A stretch of 64,000 nt of DNA, taken from NCBI GenBank assembly GCA_964016885.1, contig OZ024742.1, positions 71,114,001 through 71,178,000 of the forward strand, written 5' to 3'. This document shows, piece by piece, positions 13,060 through 25,651 of the stretch. The notes under the pieces were generated by a model that made no database searches, was not told the origin of the DNA, and saw only the letters and a list, made by a program, of their open reading frames with translations. How positions within the stretch are numbered: position 1 is the first letter of the stretch; each line of letters opens with the position of its first letter. Source of the DNA: Eledone cirrhosa (Eukaryota). The position numbers and the translations under genes were made by a program.

Positions 13060-14244
13060 GTAAGGTGCTTTGTTTTTGTTTCATGGTTTAATTTATGAAT
13101 TGACATGCTGTCTTCTCTACTGTTACTATGGCTTCTGCTCTTTGGAGCTGCCTGGTCTCATCCCACCTCCTCTCAGACATTCTCCTGTTCTGATTTATTC
13201 ATTACCAATGTTGTGTGTAACTGTTTCCCCTAAATCCCTCATGAACTCCAGTTCTCTGGAGTACCATCTCTGCTCAGTTTAACATTGTAATTTTTAACCT
13301 CACCTGTGAAGGCCTTCCTCTAGATTTAAACAGTTGAGATGTTGAATGAAATTTTACTCTAAAGGTAAAATGACTCAGTGAATAGGCCATAATGAAGCTC
13401 AAGTTCCGAAGGTTAAAATCTGTCAGTATTATGGATAGCTTATTCCACACGCGATGCCTCTGTTCAGCTATATTTTAAAGGAAATGCTAAATCTTCAGAT
13501 ATTCTGGAAGAAGGTGCTGAATATATTACATTGTCATTATACAGTCCTTTTGTACATAGAGAAAAACCTTTTGTTGTCAACAGTGGGAGTAGCTCTCTAA
13601 ACTTGTTAAATGAATTATATCACTGATTTCCCAGTATATGGTGAGAATAACAATTGAAAGGGAATTGTTTTTAGGGAAGGATGGGTACTAAATAGTCTGT
13701 GCCTATGTTTTTAACAAAGTACTTGAAATTTTAGAGCTATAACTCAGCTCAAATGTCCAACTATTCAGAGGAAATACACTTAGATATTTTGAAGGAGGAT
13801 ATAAAATACGACGAGGGTTAATGTAAGTTTTTCATATGATCTTTATTTTGAGAACAATCTGGTAGATGTAAAGGCTCACTTTGGTTATGACCAACCCTGG
13901 CTTTGCATCTGAAAAGTTCCTCTCCAAAACAAACCTTGATGAAGTCCACCAGTTACCTATACGTGCCAGTCTTCTCACCCCGTGTTGATGTTTTCCAAAA
14001 GAAAGGCAAAGTGTGATACAGCTTGACACCAGTGTCATGCTACTGACATCCCCCACCACCTGTAGATCATCTGGAACAATGTGAAATAAAATGTCTTGTT
14101 CAAGGACAATATGCCGTCTGCCTTGAAGAGTTAACTTGACTTATTGCTCCCTGATCTCGCCTGTAGTTGTGACATTAAAATTCGCTCAGTTGAATCAAGA
14201 CGACAGTTGTGGTGCAAGGCGGTATCGGTTTCTGATAAAAAAAA

Positions 14245-15340
14245 TACTCAGTGGTTGGGTGAATTAGGAAACTATTTTTAGTTTAAACCAACCAGGGAGT
14301 GTTTTATAAATAATTTTAACATAGTCACACTGCTGCTAATCACTTTTAGTCGAGAAAGAGCGAGCAACACATTCTATAACAAAATTTTATATAAACAAAT
14401 ATGGCATTGAAAAGTGAAACTGAAACTTTTTTCGAAGACTTTACTGAAATTTATTTAATTGCAGCACAAAAAAAAAAAATGAGATCATTGTTGTTGTTTA
14501 ACAGCTATTTTCCACGCTAGCATGGGTTAGACAGGACGTCCCAATTGAGACAAGTTGGGCCAAGTGACTGTGTCTGCTGATACAGAACTGTTTCTGGTTC
14601 GGTTTCTATGGATGGATGCCCTTCCTAATGCCAACCACATTTACAGTGTGAGCTGGGTGTTTTTTGTTGCGACACCGACAAGACCGCTTTTCAGTGTGTG
14701 GGCTGGGTGTATTGAAAATGAACAATTTATCAGACATTAATTTAATGTTAGAATCTGATGATGTATTGCTGATGAATTTAACTGAAAACAAAGATGACAG
14801 TGATGATGGTGACAATCTCATGTTGGAATGGAGTGATCAATTTTCTGAAGTCAATGTTGATACATTCAGATGAAATCCTGGACCAGTAAATACTCTAAAT
14901 ACTAAGAAAGAACTACACATTTTTAATAAGAATTTATTTGCTTGATGACAGATGAAACAAACAAATATGCTAAATTGAAAGTGCTTTGGAAATGAGAGCC
15001 TATATTGTTTCAGATAGTGAAGGGAGTTATTTCTGTCTCTAAATAGGACGTGTTTTTTTAAAAGATAACTTGTTCTGGTCTACAGGAATCAAGGAAATAA
15101 TAATTACAAGGCACAGGCTGGACAAACTGGACCAGTATTTCTGCTTTAGATGTCATCCAGATCACGATAAACATGCGCATGTCTGGTACTTTATTGAATG
15201 ATACATAGGAACTTGAAGGTCACAGTATGGAACATACTGTGAAACATTGACTGTGGGCATGATTGCCTTCAAGCAGTATATTCCGCTGAAGCCTACAAAA
15301 CGTGGGATAAAAGTGTAGATGTGGGCACTTTAAAACATTA
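14245..15340 (+). mobile_element. Decayed second-family piggyBac fragment (paralog at ~12130-12890)
   Basis: Acidic N-terminal remnant and QYIPLKPTKRGIKV motif near 15280; interrupted by an RTE-tail repeat. Confidence 0.65.
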
Positions 15341-15439
15341 ACAAAAGCATATATGCTATGATGACATTGTGAGTAGTTTAGTCTAGTCCATGTTTTAACT
15401 ATATTGAATAAATTTCCTTTTATTTTCTTTAAATTCCAG

Positions 15440-15610
15440 GAAGGTGAAAAAAAAATTGAATACAGATCCTGGAATCCTTTCCGGTCAAAGTTAGCAGCAG
15501 CTATTCTTGGTGGAATTGATAACATCCACATGAAACCTGGCAGCAAAGTTTTATATTTAGGGGCTGCTTCAGGAACCACAGTCAGTCATGTTTCAGATCT
15601 TGTTGGGCCT
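15440..15610 (+). CDS. FBL: Fibrillarin exon 5 ([14 protein letters not shown]...[17 protein letters not shown])
   Basis: Fibrillarin SAM-binding motif YLGAASGTT; ttccag acceptor, gtgagt donor. Confidence 0.98.
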
Positions 15611-16244
15611 GTGAGTTGTAAAAATTTGTATGTTTTTCATCATCATTATTTTACACCCATTTTCTATGTTTGAATTGGTTGTTATAGTCTGAATCAGTTC
15701 TTTGGGAGTGCTGCCTTGTTCATATCTTCTAATTTTTGGTGTGCTATGTAGAGACGTCATGTCCTTCACACACAAGATTATAGTCCTTTCTACTCTACAT
15801 TGTTAGTTGTTAACTGAAAGATATATTTTTTGATGGTAGTTGTCTCTAGATTTTCCCTAGACACAGCTGAATATAATTTTAGATGAATACCATCTTAATA
15901 TCATTTAACGTCTTTTTCACACTTGCATGGGTTAGATGGGTTGTTGTGTTATGAGACAAGTCAGATCTAGAGACCATGTCATGCTCATGGATCTGTATTT
16001 GGGCTTGGTTTCTACATCTGGATGTCTTTCCTCACATAAATCCCTCCCATTTCTTCATTATTAATTAGAATAGAGTGTATGTCATTAGAAATATGGTAAC
16101 AAAAGAATAGATATTACTGTAACATTTAGTTGGGAATATGAAAATAGTACTGAAGCTATGGCAGTCATGCTTTGTTTTAATAATCTGATGGAAAGTAAAA
16201 CATTTTTGTCCTATATTAATAATGATGTAAATTCTTCTCCACAG

Positions 16245-16377
16245 GAAGGCATTGTCTATGCTGTAGAGTTTTCCCATCGTAGTGGTCGGGATTTATTGAA
16301 TGTTGCCACAAAACGGACCAATATTGTACCAATTATTGAAGATGCTCGTCATCCATTGAAATATAGAATGTTAGTTG
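16245..16377 (+). CDS. FBL: Fibrillarin exon 6 ([17 protein letters not shown]...IIEDARHP)
   Basis: Signature VYAVEFS and IIEDARHP; canonical splice sites. Confidence 0.98.
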
Positions 16378-16467
16378 GTAAGTATTACTTAATTAGTTAC
16401 TTCCTATTGTTTGTAGTTTTTATTGTGTATTTCCGTTCAATACTGATCTTAAACTTTTATTTTCCAG

Positions 16468-16580
16468 GAATAGTTGACACAATTTTCTCGGATGTTGCTC
16501 AACCAGATCAAGCTAGAATTGTTGCTTTGAATGCTCACCACTTTTTAAAGAACAGCGGATATGTTGTCATTTCTATTAAG
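16468..16580 (+). CDS. FBL: Fibrillarin exon 7 ([16 protein letters not shown]...ISIK)
   Basis: DVAQPDQ motif; ttccag acceptor, gtaaat donor. Confidence 0.98.
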
Positions 16581-16813
16581 GTAAATTTGTTAACATCTTT
16601 AAATAGGCTATGGAATGGTTATAAAGTTTGCTTTGGAACTATGGAGTTTTCAGTTCATTTCCACTGCATGGCAGGCACCTTGGGCAAGTGTTTTCTACTA
16701 CAGCCTTGGTTTGACCATTACCATGTGAGTGAATTTGGAAGATTGAAGTTGTAAAGAAGCCTGTATGAGTGTGTTTTGTTGGTTTTTGCTTACATCTTCA
16801 TATCAACGTTTAA

Positions 16814-18276
16814 CCCTTTAGCATTCAAAGCGACAAAAACCGACAAGATTATGTCCCCTTTCATTTATTCAAACCGACAAAAACCGACATTTAATACCAC
16901 ACGGAGATTTCCTTCTAAAAATAAACATTGACATCATCGAAATCTCGTCAATTCGAGATTACTGCGAGATAAAGCCCTTACGTGCGAAAATTAACTCTTA
17001 GTATAGTTAAAGAACTTGCGATAACACGTGTTTTTAACGTTGAAAGTGTAACATGGCTTCCGAAAGTAGCGACAACGAATTTGAAGGTTTTACGTCCGAC
17101 GACATTCGAGATCAAAAAGAAACAGAAGATAATATCAGTGATTTATCTTCAAACGAATCAGATATATTTATTTCTGATATATCTGATAATGATGATAGTT
17201 ACTTTGAAAGTGAAAGAGAAGATTTGACTGACACCATTGAAAAAATAGCAACGTGGTTGAAAGAAACATCAATACATGTTTCGGATTTTACTGAAAATAT
17301 TGGACCACAACACACATTACCACCCGATGCTAAAGCACTGGATTATTATTTTTTATTTTTACCACAATCTTTCTTCGAAGTTGTGGCAAATCGCTATGCA
17401 CAACAACAAATTTCTAATATCGGAAAACCCGATCTGTTATGTTGTCAGACAGATTCTGCCGAAATGAAAGCGTTTTTTACCATAAATATTATGTTTGGTG
17501 TTAAACAATTTCCACGACTGTGGAATTATTGGAGTACTGATATAAGGTTTGGTGACCCTTATATATCTAGTATTATGGCAAAAACGAGATTCATTAAATT
17601 AAACCAGTATTTGCATCTGGTTGATACTTCAAATGCCCCTGGTAGAAATGAATCAAATTACGACCCACTGTACAAAGTACGACCATTAATTGAAATATTG
17701 TCAGAAAAATTTAAAAGTGTGTATAAACTTATATATTGGGAACTTTCTATTACGTAATTTTACACCGTACATTTACAGAGTACATTGCCAATATTATTTT
17801 GACCGGTGAAAAGGTTTTATACATTTTTTTCAATGAAAATATTTGCCTGGAATGTAGAGAAAGACTAAAACCGTGTACTGATTACACCTGCATTTTTAAT
17901 TAATTCACCTGTTCAGAAAACTGCTAGAATTGATGGAAATCAGCATCTAGGTCATTATTGGATCTTTTTGCAACAAATCTAACAGATAAGGCAGATAAAG
18001 TTTAAATTTTTGTGTTTATCCATAAAGTTATTACTTTTACACCTGTTAATTAATTTCACCTGCCCATAAAAGTCAAATTTAATAAAAAAAATCAGGTAAA
18101 AATATATAATTGTAAATTATAGTTATTTAAACATCTGACAAAATTTCAAGTCTGCACATAGAAAATTAAAGTAATTACAAACAAATAAAATTGATAACCC
18201 TCTTGAGTATAATTAAGTGAAAATAATGCGAATAGATGAACATGACATTTGACAATTCAATGTGAATGCTAAAGGG
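16814..18276 (+). mobile_element. Internally deleted piggyBac, same family
   Basis: TTAA-flanked TIRs; ORF 17053-17757 encodes the acidic N-terminus through YDPLYKVRP but lacks the DDD core. Confidence 0.92.
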
Positions 18277-18897
18277 TTAAAGCAAGTGTTGTTTATGCCC
18301 TGCATAAACAACCATTATTTATCATCATCATAGTTATCGCTGTTTTTCTAAGCTTGCATGGGTTAGACCAATCAAGTCAGCATTCTAGGATCATCTTTCA
18401 CCATGTGTGTTCATGTCATTGTCTCCTTTGGCTTCCTTCATTTTTTTTACCCAACTCTTCTCATCCATATACATTACTTCTCCATACCAGTACAGTCTTA
18501 TCTCTTACATAGTCTCCAATTTCTCTCACAACTCATCTGAGCTTTGTCATTCATTCATTCACACTGATGTTACATATCCAGTCGATTTTTGCTTTGTTTC
18601 TTTCCAGTTACTACACATCTATATTTAAACTGGCCATATTTGGCTAGAATTCTCTCACCTCTTTCTGTTCAACCTGGCTATAACCGGCCACTCATACTGA
18701 TGTTAAGGTATTGTTCTCAAAATAAATATCAAAATCTCTTAGATTCGATATTATGCAAGATAAAGCATTTACTGTAAAAATACAATAGTATATATAGAGT
18801 AATGTAAATGCTAAAGGGTTAATGTCCGTATCTTGTTACCATGCAACCTTACATTACTCTAAAATATGTTATTTGAACTTTTTCTTCTGTGTTTCAG

Positions 18898-19062
18898 GCT
18901 AATTGTATAGATTCCACGGCAGAACCAGAAGCAGTATTTGCTGGTGAAGTAAACAAAATGAAAAGTGAAAAAATCAAACCTCTTGAACAACTGACACTTG
19001 AGCCTTATGAAAGAGACCATGCTGTGGTGGTTGGCTGTTACAGGCCACCTCCTAAAAAGTAG
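18898..19062 (+). CDS. FBL: Fibrillarin exon 8 (ANCIDST...[21 protein letters not shown])
   Basis: tttcag acceptor, conserved ANCIDST and EPYERDH, TAG at 19060-19062; spliced CDS totals 945 nt (314 aa). Confidence 0.98.
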   Translation, partial: ANCIDSTAEPEAVFAGEVNKMKSEKIKPLEQLTLEPYERDHAVVVGCYRPPPKK

Positions 19063-19492
19063 ACATTTCTTTATATGATATATATTAATTCAACATTCAC
19101 AAACTTATCCATTTTTTTTGTGTATATACACTATATAAAAGAAAACAGACAAAAAAAAAAGAATCATGGCATTTATTTTTATCTTATTTTTTACTACTTG
19201 GGCTCTGCAAGTTTTGGTGAGAGCTAGGAACAAGTACTGCCTGTTCACCAGTCCATGATAGATTCTTCTATCCAATGTCAAAACATCCTAAAATTATGAA
19301 ACAATATATTGTCATAGTAGGTTACAAGAAAATATCTGATTCAAACAATGATTTGATAAGCTTTACAATGTAAAGTGGATTTATTTCTATACTCTCTGCA
19401 TATAATTCTCTACATTTGCTAAATTTCCATCCATGTTACATACTGCTGGTTAAGCAAACATTTTTATAATAGTTAGCCATGGTCTATAAATG

Positions 19493-19498
19493 AATAAA
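19493..19498 (+). terminator. Candidate polyadenylation signal of fibrillarin
   Basis: AATAAA about 430 nt after the stop, with T-rich sequence downstream. Confidence 0.45.
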
Positions 19499-21858
19499 AA
19501 CATGTAAAGCACAGGAAAATATTGGCTATATTATATCTATTTTATGTTGTCTCATCTCTAATATAGAGGAAATTTTGGCTTTATTATATTTATTTCACAC
19601 ATCTCTGCATTTATCATTATTGTGTGCTGTTCCACGCTGGCATGGGTTGGACAAGATTTTTGAAGCAGTGTCCTACAGCCAGATCTTCCTATTCCCAACC
19701 CTCATAGTTATAAGGTATGGATCTTCATTCACGTTTAACTGCTGAGAGAAATATCAATCCCAGCATTTTGATGGATATATGATAGATATCAGATATGTGG
19801 AAGAGAGATGCTGGTGCTGTCAGTTGGATAAAGAAATGCCAGGAGTTTTAAACTATCTCCGCAATTTCAAAACTGTGATACCCTTTAGGAGTGTTCAGAT
19901 AAGAAGCTAGCAAGGGAGAAAGATTCTGTGGTCTGAGCTGGTCCAAAACGTTTGGAACAGTTTAAAACAATACAATAGGGGTGGGGGCTGTCTATAAGCC
20001 AACTTAGTGGAAGGAACTAATTTGATCTTAGACTGGCAGGGGTTGTACCTGAAGCATATAGCATGCACCACTCCCATACATGTTCCCATGAGGACAAGAT
20101 GAAGTTACATCCAGTGAAAACCTCCAGCCCACACTGTAAAGTGGACGTTTAGGTGTCATGACAAAAAGCAGCCAGTGCTCACTGTAAGAGGTTGGTGCGA
20201 GGAAGGGCATCCAGCTATAGAAACCAAGCCACAATCAGTTCTGCATGACATGGTCACCTGACCATGGCATTGCTCACAACAGGACAACTCGTTTAACACA
20301 TGCCAGCGTGGAAAAGTAGACATTAAACGGTGATGATGATTTCACCAAATCATATTCACTTAGTATGTTGGGTAGACTGGAATATGACCAAATATATAGG
20401 AAAGGAGAAAGAAATAGTGTATATAGTTGAATATAAGCCAACCCTCTATTTTATGTCTGAGTAATGTATAAAAACCAAACCCCATGTATAAACCGAGGTA
20501 GCTAATCAATACATTTAGATGGCATGGTTTTGAAATTCTCATGAGTGGAGAATATTTTTATGAAGTAAGTAAAAGACAAGTAATTTCCAAATGTTTTGAA
20601 GGCAATATTTATTCAAAACATCAAATTTCACCTCCAAAGAGAAACCGGTTTAATATTCATCCCCAACCCGAATGTTAACTAAAAAGTCGATAACTTCAGA
20701 AGGCGAGATTTGTTAAAAACATCAAAAACCATAGGAAAAACACAAATTGGGAATGTTCTCAAGGAAATGTATAAATAACAGATATAATAAATGGAGAAAA
20801 AATGTTTTATTGTAAAATAATCACTCCAGATATTTTAGCACCTTATTTACATGGAATTTGAAGTTGAAGATAGCAAAATATTGAGATTGAATATAAGCTG
20901 ACCCCGTTATACCATCAAATTTTTTTGGTGTTGGGTGGGGTCACATATTTCTCTGCTTATATACAAGTATATATGGCAGAGGAGCACTTAGCCTCACCAA
21001 TGATGGAAAAAGCTACCAAGACATCATGGGCAGTGGCTGAGATGCTGAAAATATCTAGTAAAGTAGGGCTCAAGCTAGTTACTTGAAAGTGCCAACCCAA
21101 AAACTAATGTAGCTGTATACTTAGTGCTACAAGTGAAAAGGTTAGGGTATGAGTTTTTGCACAATTGATTAGGAAGATTAAATGAGATTTAGTTTGGATT
21201 TATGCCAGGAGAGAGTACTACAGATGCTCTTTTAAATAACTCAACTTTCACTGAGTTTAGGGAATTAGTGTCTTCATGATAGTTAGGGCTGCCAGTGAGG
21301 AAAGAGTTAATTGGACAATTACGAGAAATGGTCCTAGCTAATAAGTAAGCTATTATATCTAGTTTTTGTTGATTTGGAGAATGTCTATGACAAGAGGACC
21401 TTTAAAAAAATACAGGTGTAGATGAATGGCTTATGAGAACAGTGTAAGACCTACAGAAATACTACTAGCAAAGAGCCTAGTGAGGAATTGAGGGTGGAGG
21501 TCAGTAACAAAACCTAGCATCAAAAGTTAACTTGGTAATTAGGAAAAAAGTCAGTTCCCTGCTGGCATCAAGGAAATGGTCATGCTCAATATAATAGAGC
21601 AAAAGAGTAAGTAGTTTCTGTTTATCAAATTCAGTAATTTGATTAAAATATTTTTTTTGAAAATGTAAAAACTAAACATGTAATTCTGGGCTAGTGAAAT
21701 ATCCAAAATGGTATTGGTACCCAAAGAGTTAAACATCCAGTGCTGGTACTGAAAGAGTTAATAGATTCGTGGTGGGAGTCCATGACCTGGTTTGTAGACA
21801 TTTCATTTAATTTATATTAGTAATCTCAGACATCTGTAGGTTGTATAATTTTATATCT

Positions 21859-21890
21859 TCACACATAAACTGGAACGCGAGGCTGGACAC
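21859..21890 (-). CDS. IkappaB-like terminal coding exon (GVQPRVPVYV*)
   Basis: Pyrimidine tract plus ttacag acceptor, phase 1, TGA stop; spliced CDS totals 2247 nt. Confidence 0.7.
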
Positions 21891-23569
21891 CTGTAATTAA
21901 AGAGAAAACAAAAGAAGGTTTTTTTAAAAAATTTATATGATAATAATTTCAAGTCTAAAACATTTTAAATGTTTGGACGGATTTTTTTTTTTTTAATGTA
22001 TCTTTTTGGATATCATTACAATTATCTTGAGCTGTTGTTACAACTCAAACGGATTTAGGCTTACCTTACCTCCTATGATGTATCTCAGGTGTTAAAATAA
22101 TAAGGGTCCTAACTTTATCCTGTTACATTGCATATCTCATATTCTAGAAATTTAGCTGAGAACTAGGTTGCCTGCATACACAAGTTCCTAAGGACAGCTA
22201 GTCTTAAACTCTTTTGTTATGGTATGAAGAACTAGGTTGCCACAATAGAGATGTTCTAATGAGCAGCTAGTAAAACTCCTGAAAGATTAATTAGAGGAGT
22301 CTTGGTGAATTCTTTCTTGCATGCTAAATTCATTCCTGACTCTCAACTTGTTGACTGTACATGGTTAGTACAGTTTTAACAAGCCATTTTTTTTTTACTC
22401 CTACCGTCCTTAGTGTCAATCAGATCATAAGAGTGTGGGACCCAGCCAAAAGCCTTCTCTAAATTGAAAAATGCTAAGTATAGGGGCATATTCCTAGCTA
22501 ACTTGTCTCAAGAGGAAGAGAACATCAGCAGTACACTGGAACAAACTGTATCTAATCTGCTTTAATTCTATTTCAATTTTATGAAAACCGTTTCTGTGAC
22601 TTTTAAACCTAGTTCAGTAGTTTGATACATTTGTATCAAACTACTGAACTAGGTAGTTTGATAATGTTACTGCTACACCAGTCATTGGGTATGACACCTT
22701 GTATTACCTGCCAGACAATGTCAGTGACTAACCTGTGTCCTACTCTGTCATGTTTTAAGCATCTCGGTGACTATTTCTGATGGATTGAGTGATGTCTTCC
22801 TTGCCTTCATATCCTCTTAATCGTTCAGCACACTATACCGTTGTCAACTGTAATGACTGTAAGCCAGCCATCTCTCCACTGTCTCTACATACAAAAACCT
22901 TTCATAATAACAATAACATGCCACTTTCTTTTCTGCATCCGTCTTGCAATCTGGAACACCTCATGTCTTTGATCCTTACATCAAAACATGTGCAAAGCTT
23001 TTTCTTTCTACTAGGTATACTTGACATCCAGCTTCTCTTCTAACTAATTTGTATCTAGTCATTCCATGTTGTCTCTTAATGTTTATAATTTTATCTACAG
23101 CAGTATTCTACTACCATATCATCTTGCATCAGCCACTGTAACTCTTAGAAATTTATTATATAATCATAGCTCAGTTTATAACATTATACCAACATTCATG
23201 TGCATGAATATTTGTTGCCTTACTTTGGGTGTTTTTTGCGAGAAACAGATAGTTGTCCCAAGTATGGCTAACCTATTAGAAAACACCTTGTTAAACACTA
23301 ACACAATTCTAATAACTGACCTGAAAGGGTGAAAAACGAAGTTAACGGTGTCAAAATTTTAACTCAGAATATAAAGAGTCTGATTGAAGACATCCCTGAT
23401 CTAATTGTATATTTTATTGACCACAGTCAGAATTAACTTCAACAGGGTTTCAGTGATTAAATACTGCAAAGCATTTTGTCCAACATAACGATTCTACCAA
23501 TTCACTGCTATATTTGTAAAAGTACTGCTTTCTATTAAGAGACAGTAATAATTAGAAACTGGTATTTAC

Positions 23570-23798
23570 CTTGTAGCTCTCTAGCTAGTCTTTGTGCCAA
23601 AGTCAAGCGTTTGGAAAATAATTCATGATCTTTGTCTAAAGCTTTCATAAGAGTGAAGCAGGTTTCTCCATTGTTAGATTTAGCTGACAGCATTTCTTTA
23701 ATATGTTCCCTTGATGAACTCTTCAGAATATCATTGACGATGGCATGATCATCAAACTCTATGGCATACATCAAAATATTCTTACCTTGCTCTTCATC
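23570..23798 (-). CDS. IkappaB-like exon 7 (DEEQGKNILMYAIE...SAKSNNGETCF...RELQ)
   Basis: Degenerate ankyrin repeats; ttctag and gtaaat junctions; phases consistent. Confidence 0.88.
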
Positions 23799-24059
23799 CT
23801 AGAAATAGAATGGTGAAAACAGAACATTTAAACAGATTCCTTTCCAAATGATCTTGTAATTATCTCTGGAAAAGATTTTATATCTTTTTGAATTACTTTA
23901 TTATTGACTGACCAAAATGTCACAAAACACTACACATGGCCCTAGTTTTTTGTAGTGTTTAGTCAGGGAAGTGAGGACTGTCCATTACCATTTTCAGTAT
24001 CTACAGGATTAGTGGGATGGTTAGAGGAAGGCATACTTGGAGGACTGGTCTGAATGCTA

Positions 24060-24432
24060 GCAACAGAGTGGACTCTGCTAAAGACACAAGGGCTAGGTGG
24101 TGGTGATAAACAGGATAACAGAGTGGGCTCTACTATAGACACACAAGGGCTAGGTGGTGATAAACTGGACAACAGAGTGGACTCGGCTAATAACACATAT
24201 AGGCCAGGTGGTGGTATTGTTAAACGGGGTCATTGACTGTTTATCACCCCAGGGCTAAGTGGTAATGGTGTCAAACTGGGAGACAGATTATGTCTACCAC
24301 CCCAGGGCTAGGTGGTGGTGTTAAATTAGGTGACTGATTAAGTCTACCATGCATTGGCCATGTGGTAGTGTTAAACTGGGCGACATACTCAGTCTACTAC
24401 CCAAGGGCCAGGTGATGGTGTTAAAATAGGTG
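24060..24432. repeat. Degenerate ~55-bp tandem repeat
   Basis: Recurrent agggctaggtggtggtg.taaact. Confidence 0.7.
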
Positions 24433-24469
24433 ACATTTTGGGAGGAAAATGCCCAGCGTTCACATAATC

Positions 24470-25240
24470 GTTCTACAACAACAATCTCATGAAGCCTTGT
24501 GAACGTAACCTGAGCATTATTGTCAACAGTGATTTGCATTGGACAATGCACATCTCTAAAATTGTCAAGAAGGCCGAAGGTTTCTTGGCATCACTCAGTA
24601 AGACCTTTCTTTGTCAGCTGCTCTCCAGCTATCTATTTAAAGTTATATATAGCTATGGTGCGCCCACACTTAGAATTTGCATCACCAGTCTGGAACCCCA
24701 ATCTCCCTCAGAACATTGATCTCCTGGAAACTGTTCAGAGATGTGCAACAAAACAAATACCTTCCATCAGGCATCTACCATACTCTGAACTCTTTGCTTC
24801 CCTGGGATGGATACATTTAAGCTCCAACGTCTGGCAACTGACTTGGTAGACACCCACAAGATTATTAATCATCTTTCCAATAACAACACTGAGCCCCCTT
24901 TTGAATTCCACCCGTGGACATGCTTACAAAATCAGAAAATAGCACAGCTCCCATAACTTTCGGAAATATTTTTTCATGCTCAGAGTTGTTGAAAGATGGA
25001 ACAAACTACCTGCATCAGTTGTTAGCTGTTGGTACACTGTATCCTTCTATACTTCCCGAAATTCACCCACACTACACCCGATATTACCCCTCCATACACA
25101 CGTGTGTGTGTGTATATCAAGACTCATACACTGTTTACTTTCCTGATATTTGTACATTATTCTATGTACTATACATGCACCTTTGATGAGTTGTAGTGCA
25201 CCTCAGCACTACACAATAATAATAATTTTCATTATTATAA
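24470..25240 (+). mobile_element. CR1/L2-group LINE 3' fragment
   Basis: LYIAMVRPHLEFASPVWNP, LETVQR, FF..RV...WN.LP; short ATT tail. Confidence 0.85.
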
Positions 25241-25553
25241 GTCAATACACACACATTCATGCATGCTGGATTTCTTCAATTCCATCTATTAAATTCTCTC
25301 ACAAGGCATTATCCAGCCCAAGACTATAGAAGATATTTTCCCAAAGTACTACCATGTGGGATTGAACTTGAAACTATATGCTTCTGAAGGGGACTTCTTA
25401 ACCACACAAATTCCTACCTGTGAAAGAAAAAACAATTTGAAGGAAATAAAAAAAAATCTAAATTAGTATTTTGTCTGAATGTTGGAATTAAAAATAAACA
25501 ATGGTTTATAGACAATTTCAACAGTTAGATATTTGTAAAAAATTCCTTCATAC

Positions 25554-25651
25554 CTTAACTGATGGATTTGCCTTTTCTTTAATAAGTTTACGTATAATGA
25601 AATTCTTGTCTGTTTCAGCTGATTGAACGGCGCAATGTAGTGCAGTTTGGC
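25554..25651 (-). CDS. IkappaB-like exon 6 (GQTALHCAVQSAETDKNFIIRKLIKEKANPSVK)
   Basis: Ankyrin GQTALH; tttacag acceptor, gtatga donor; phase 1 in, phase 0 out. Confidence 0.92.
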
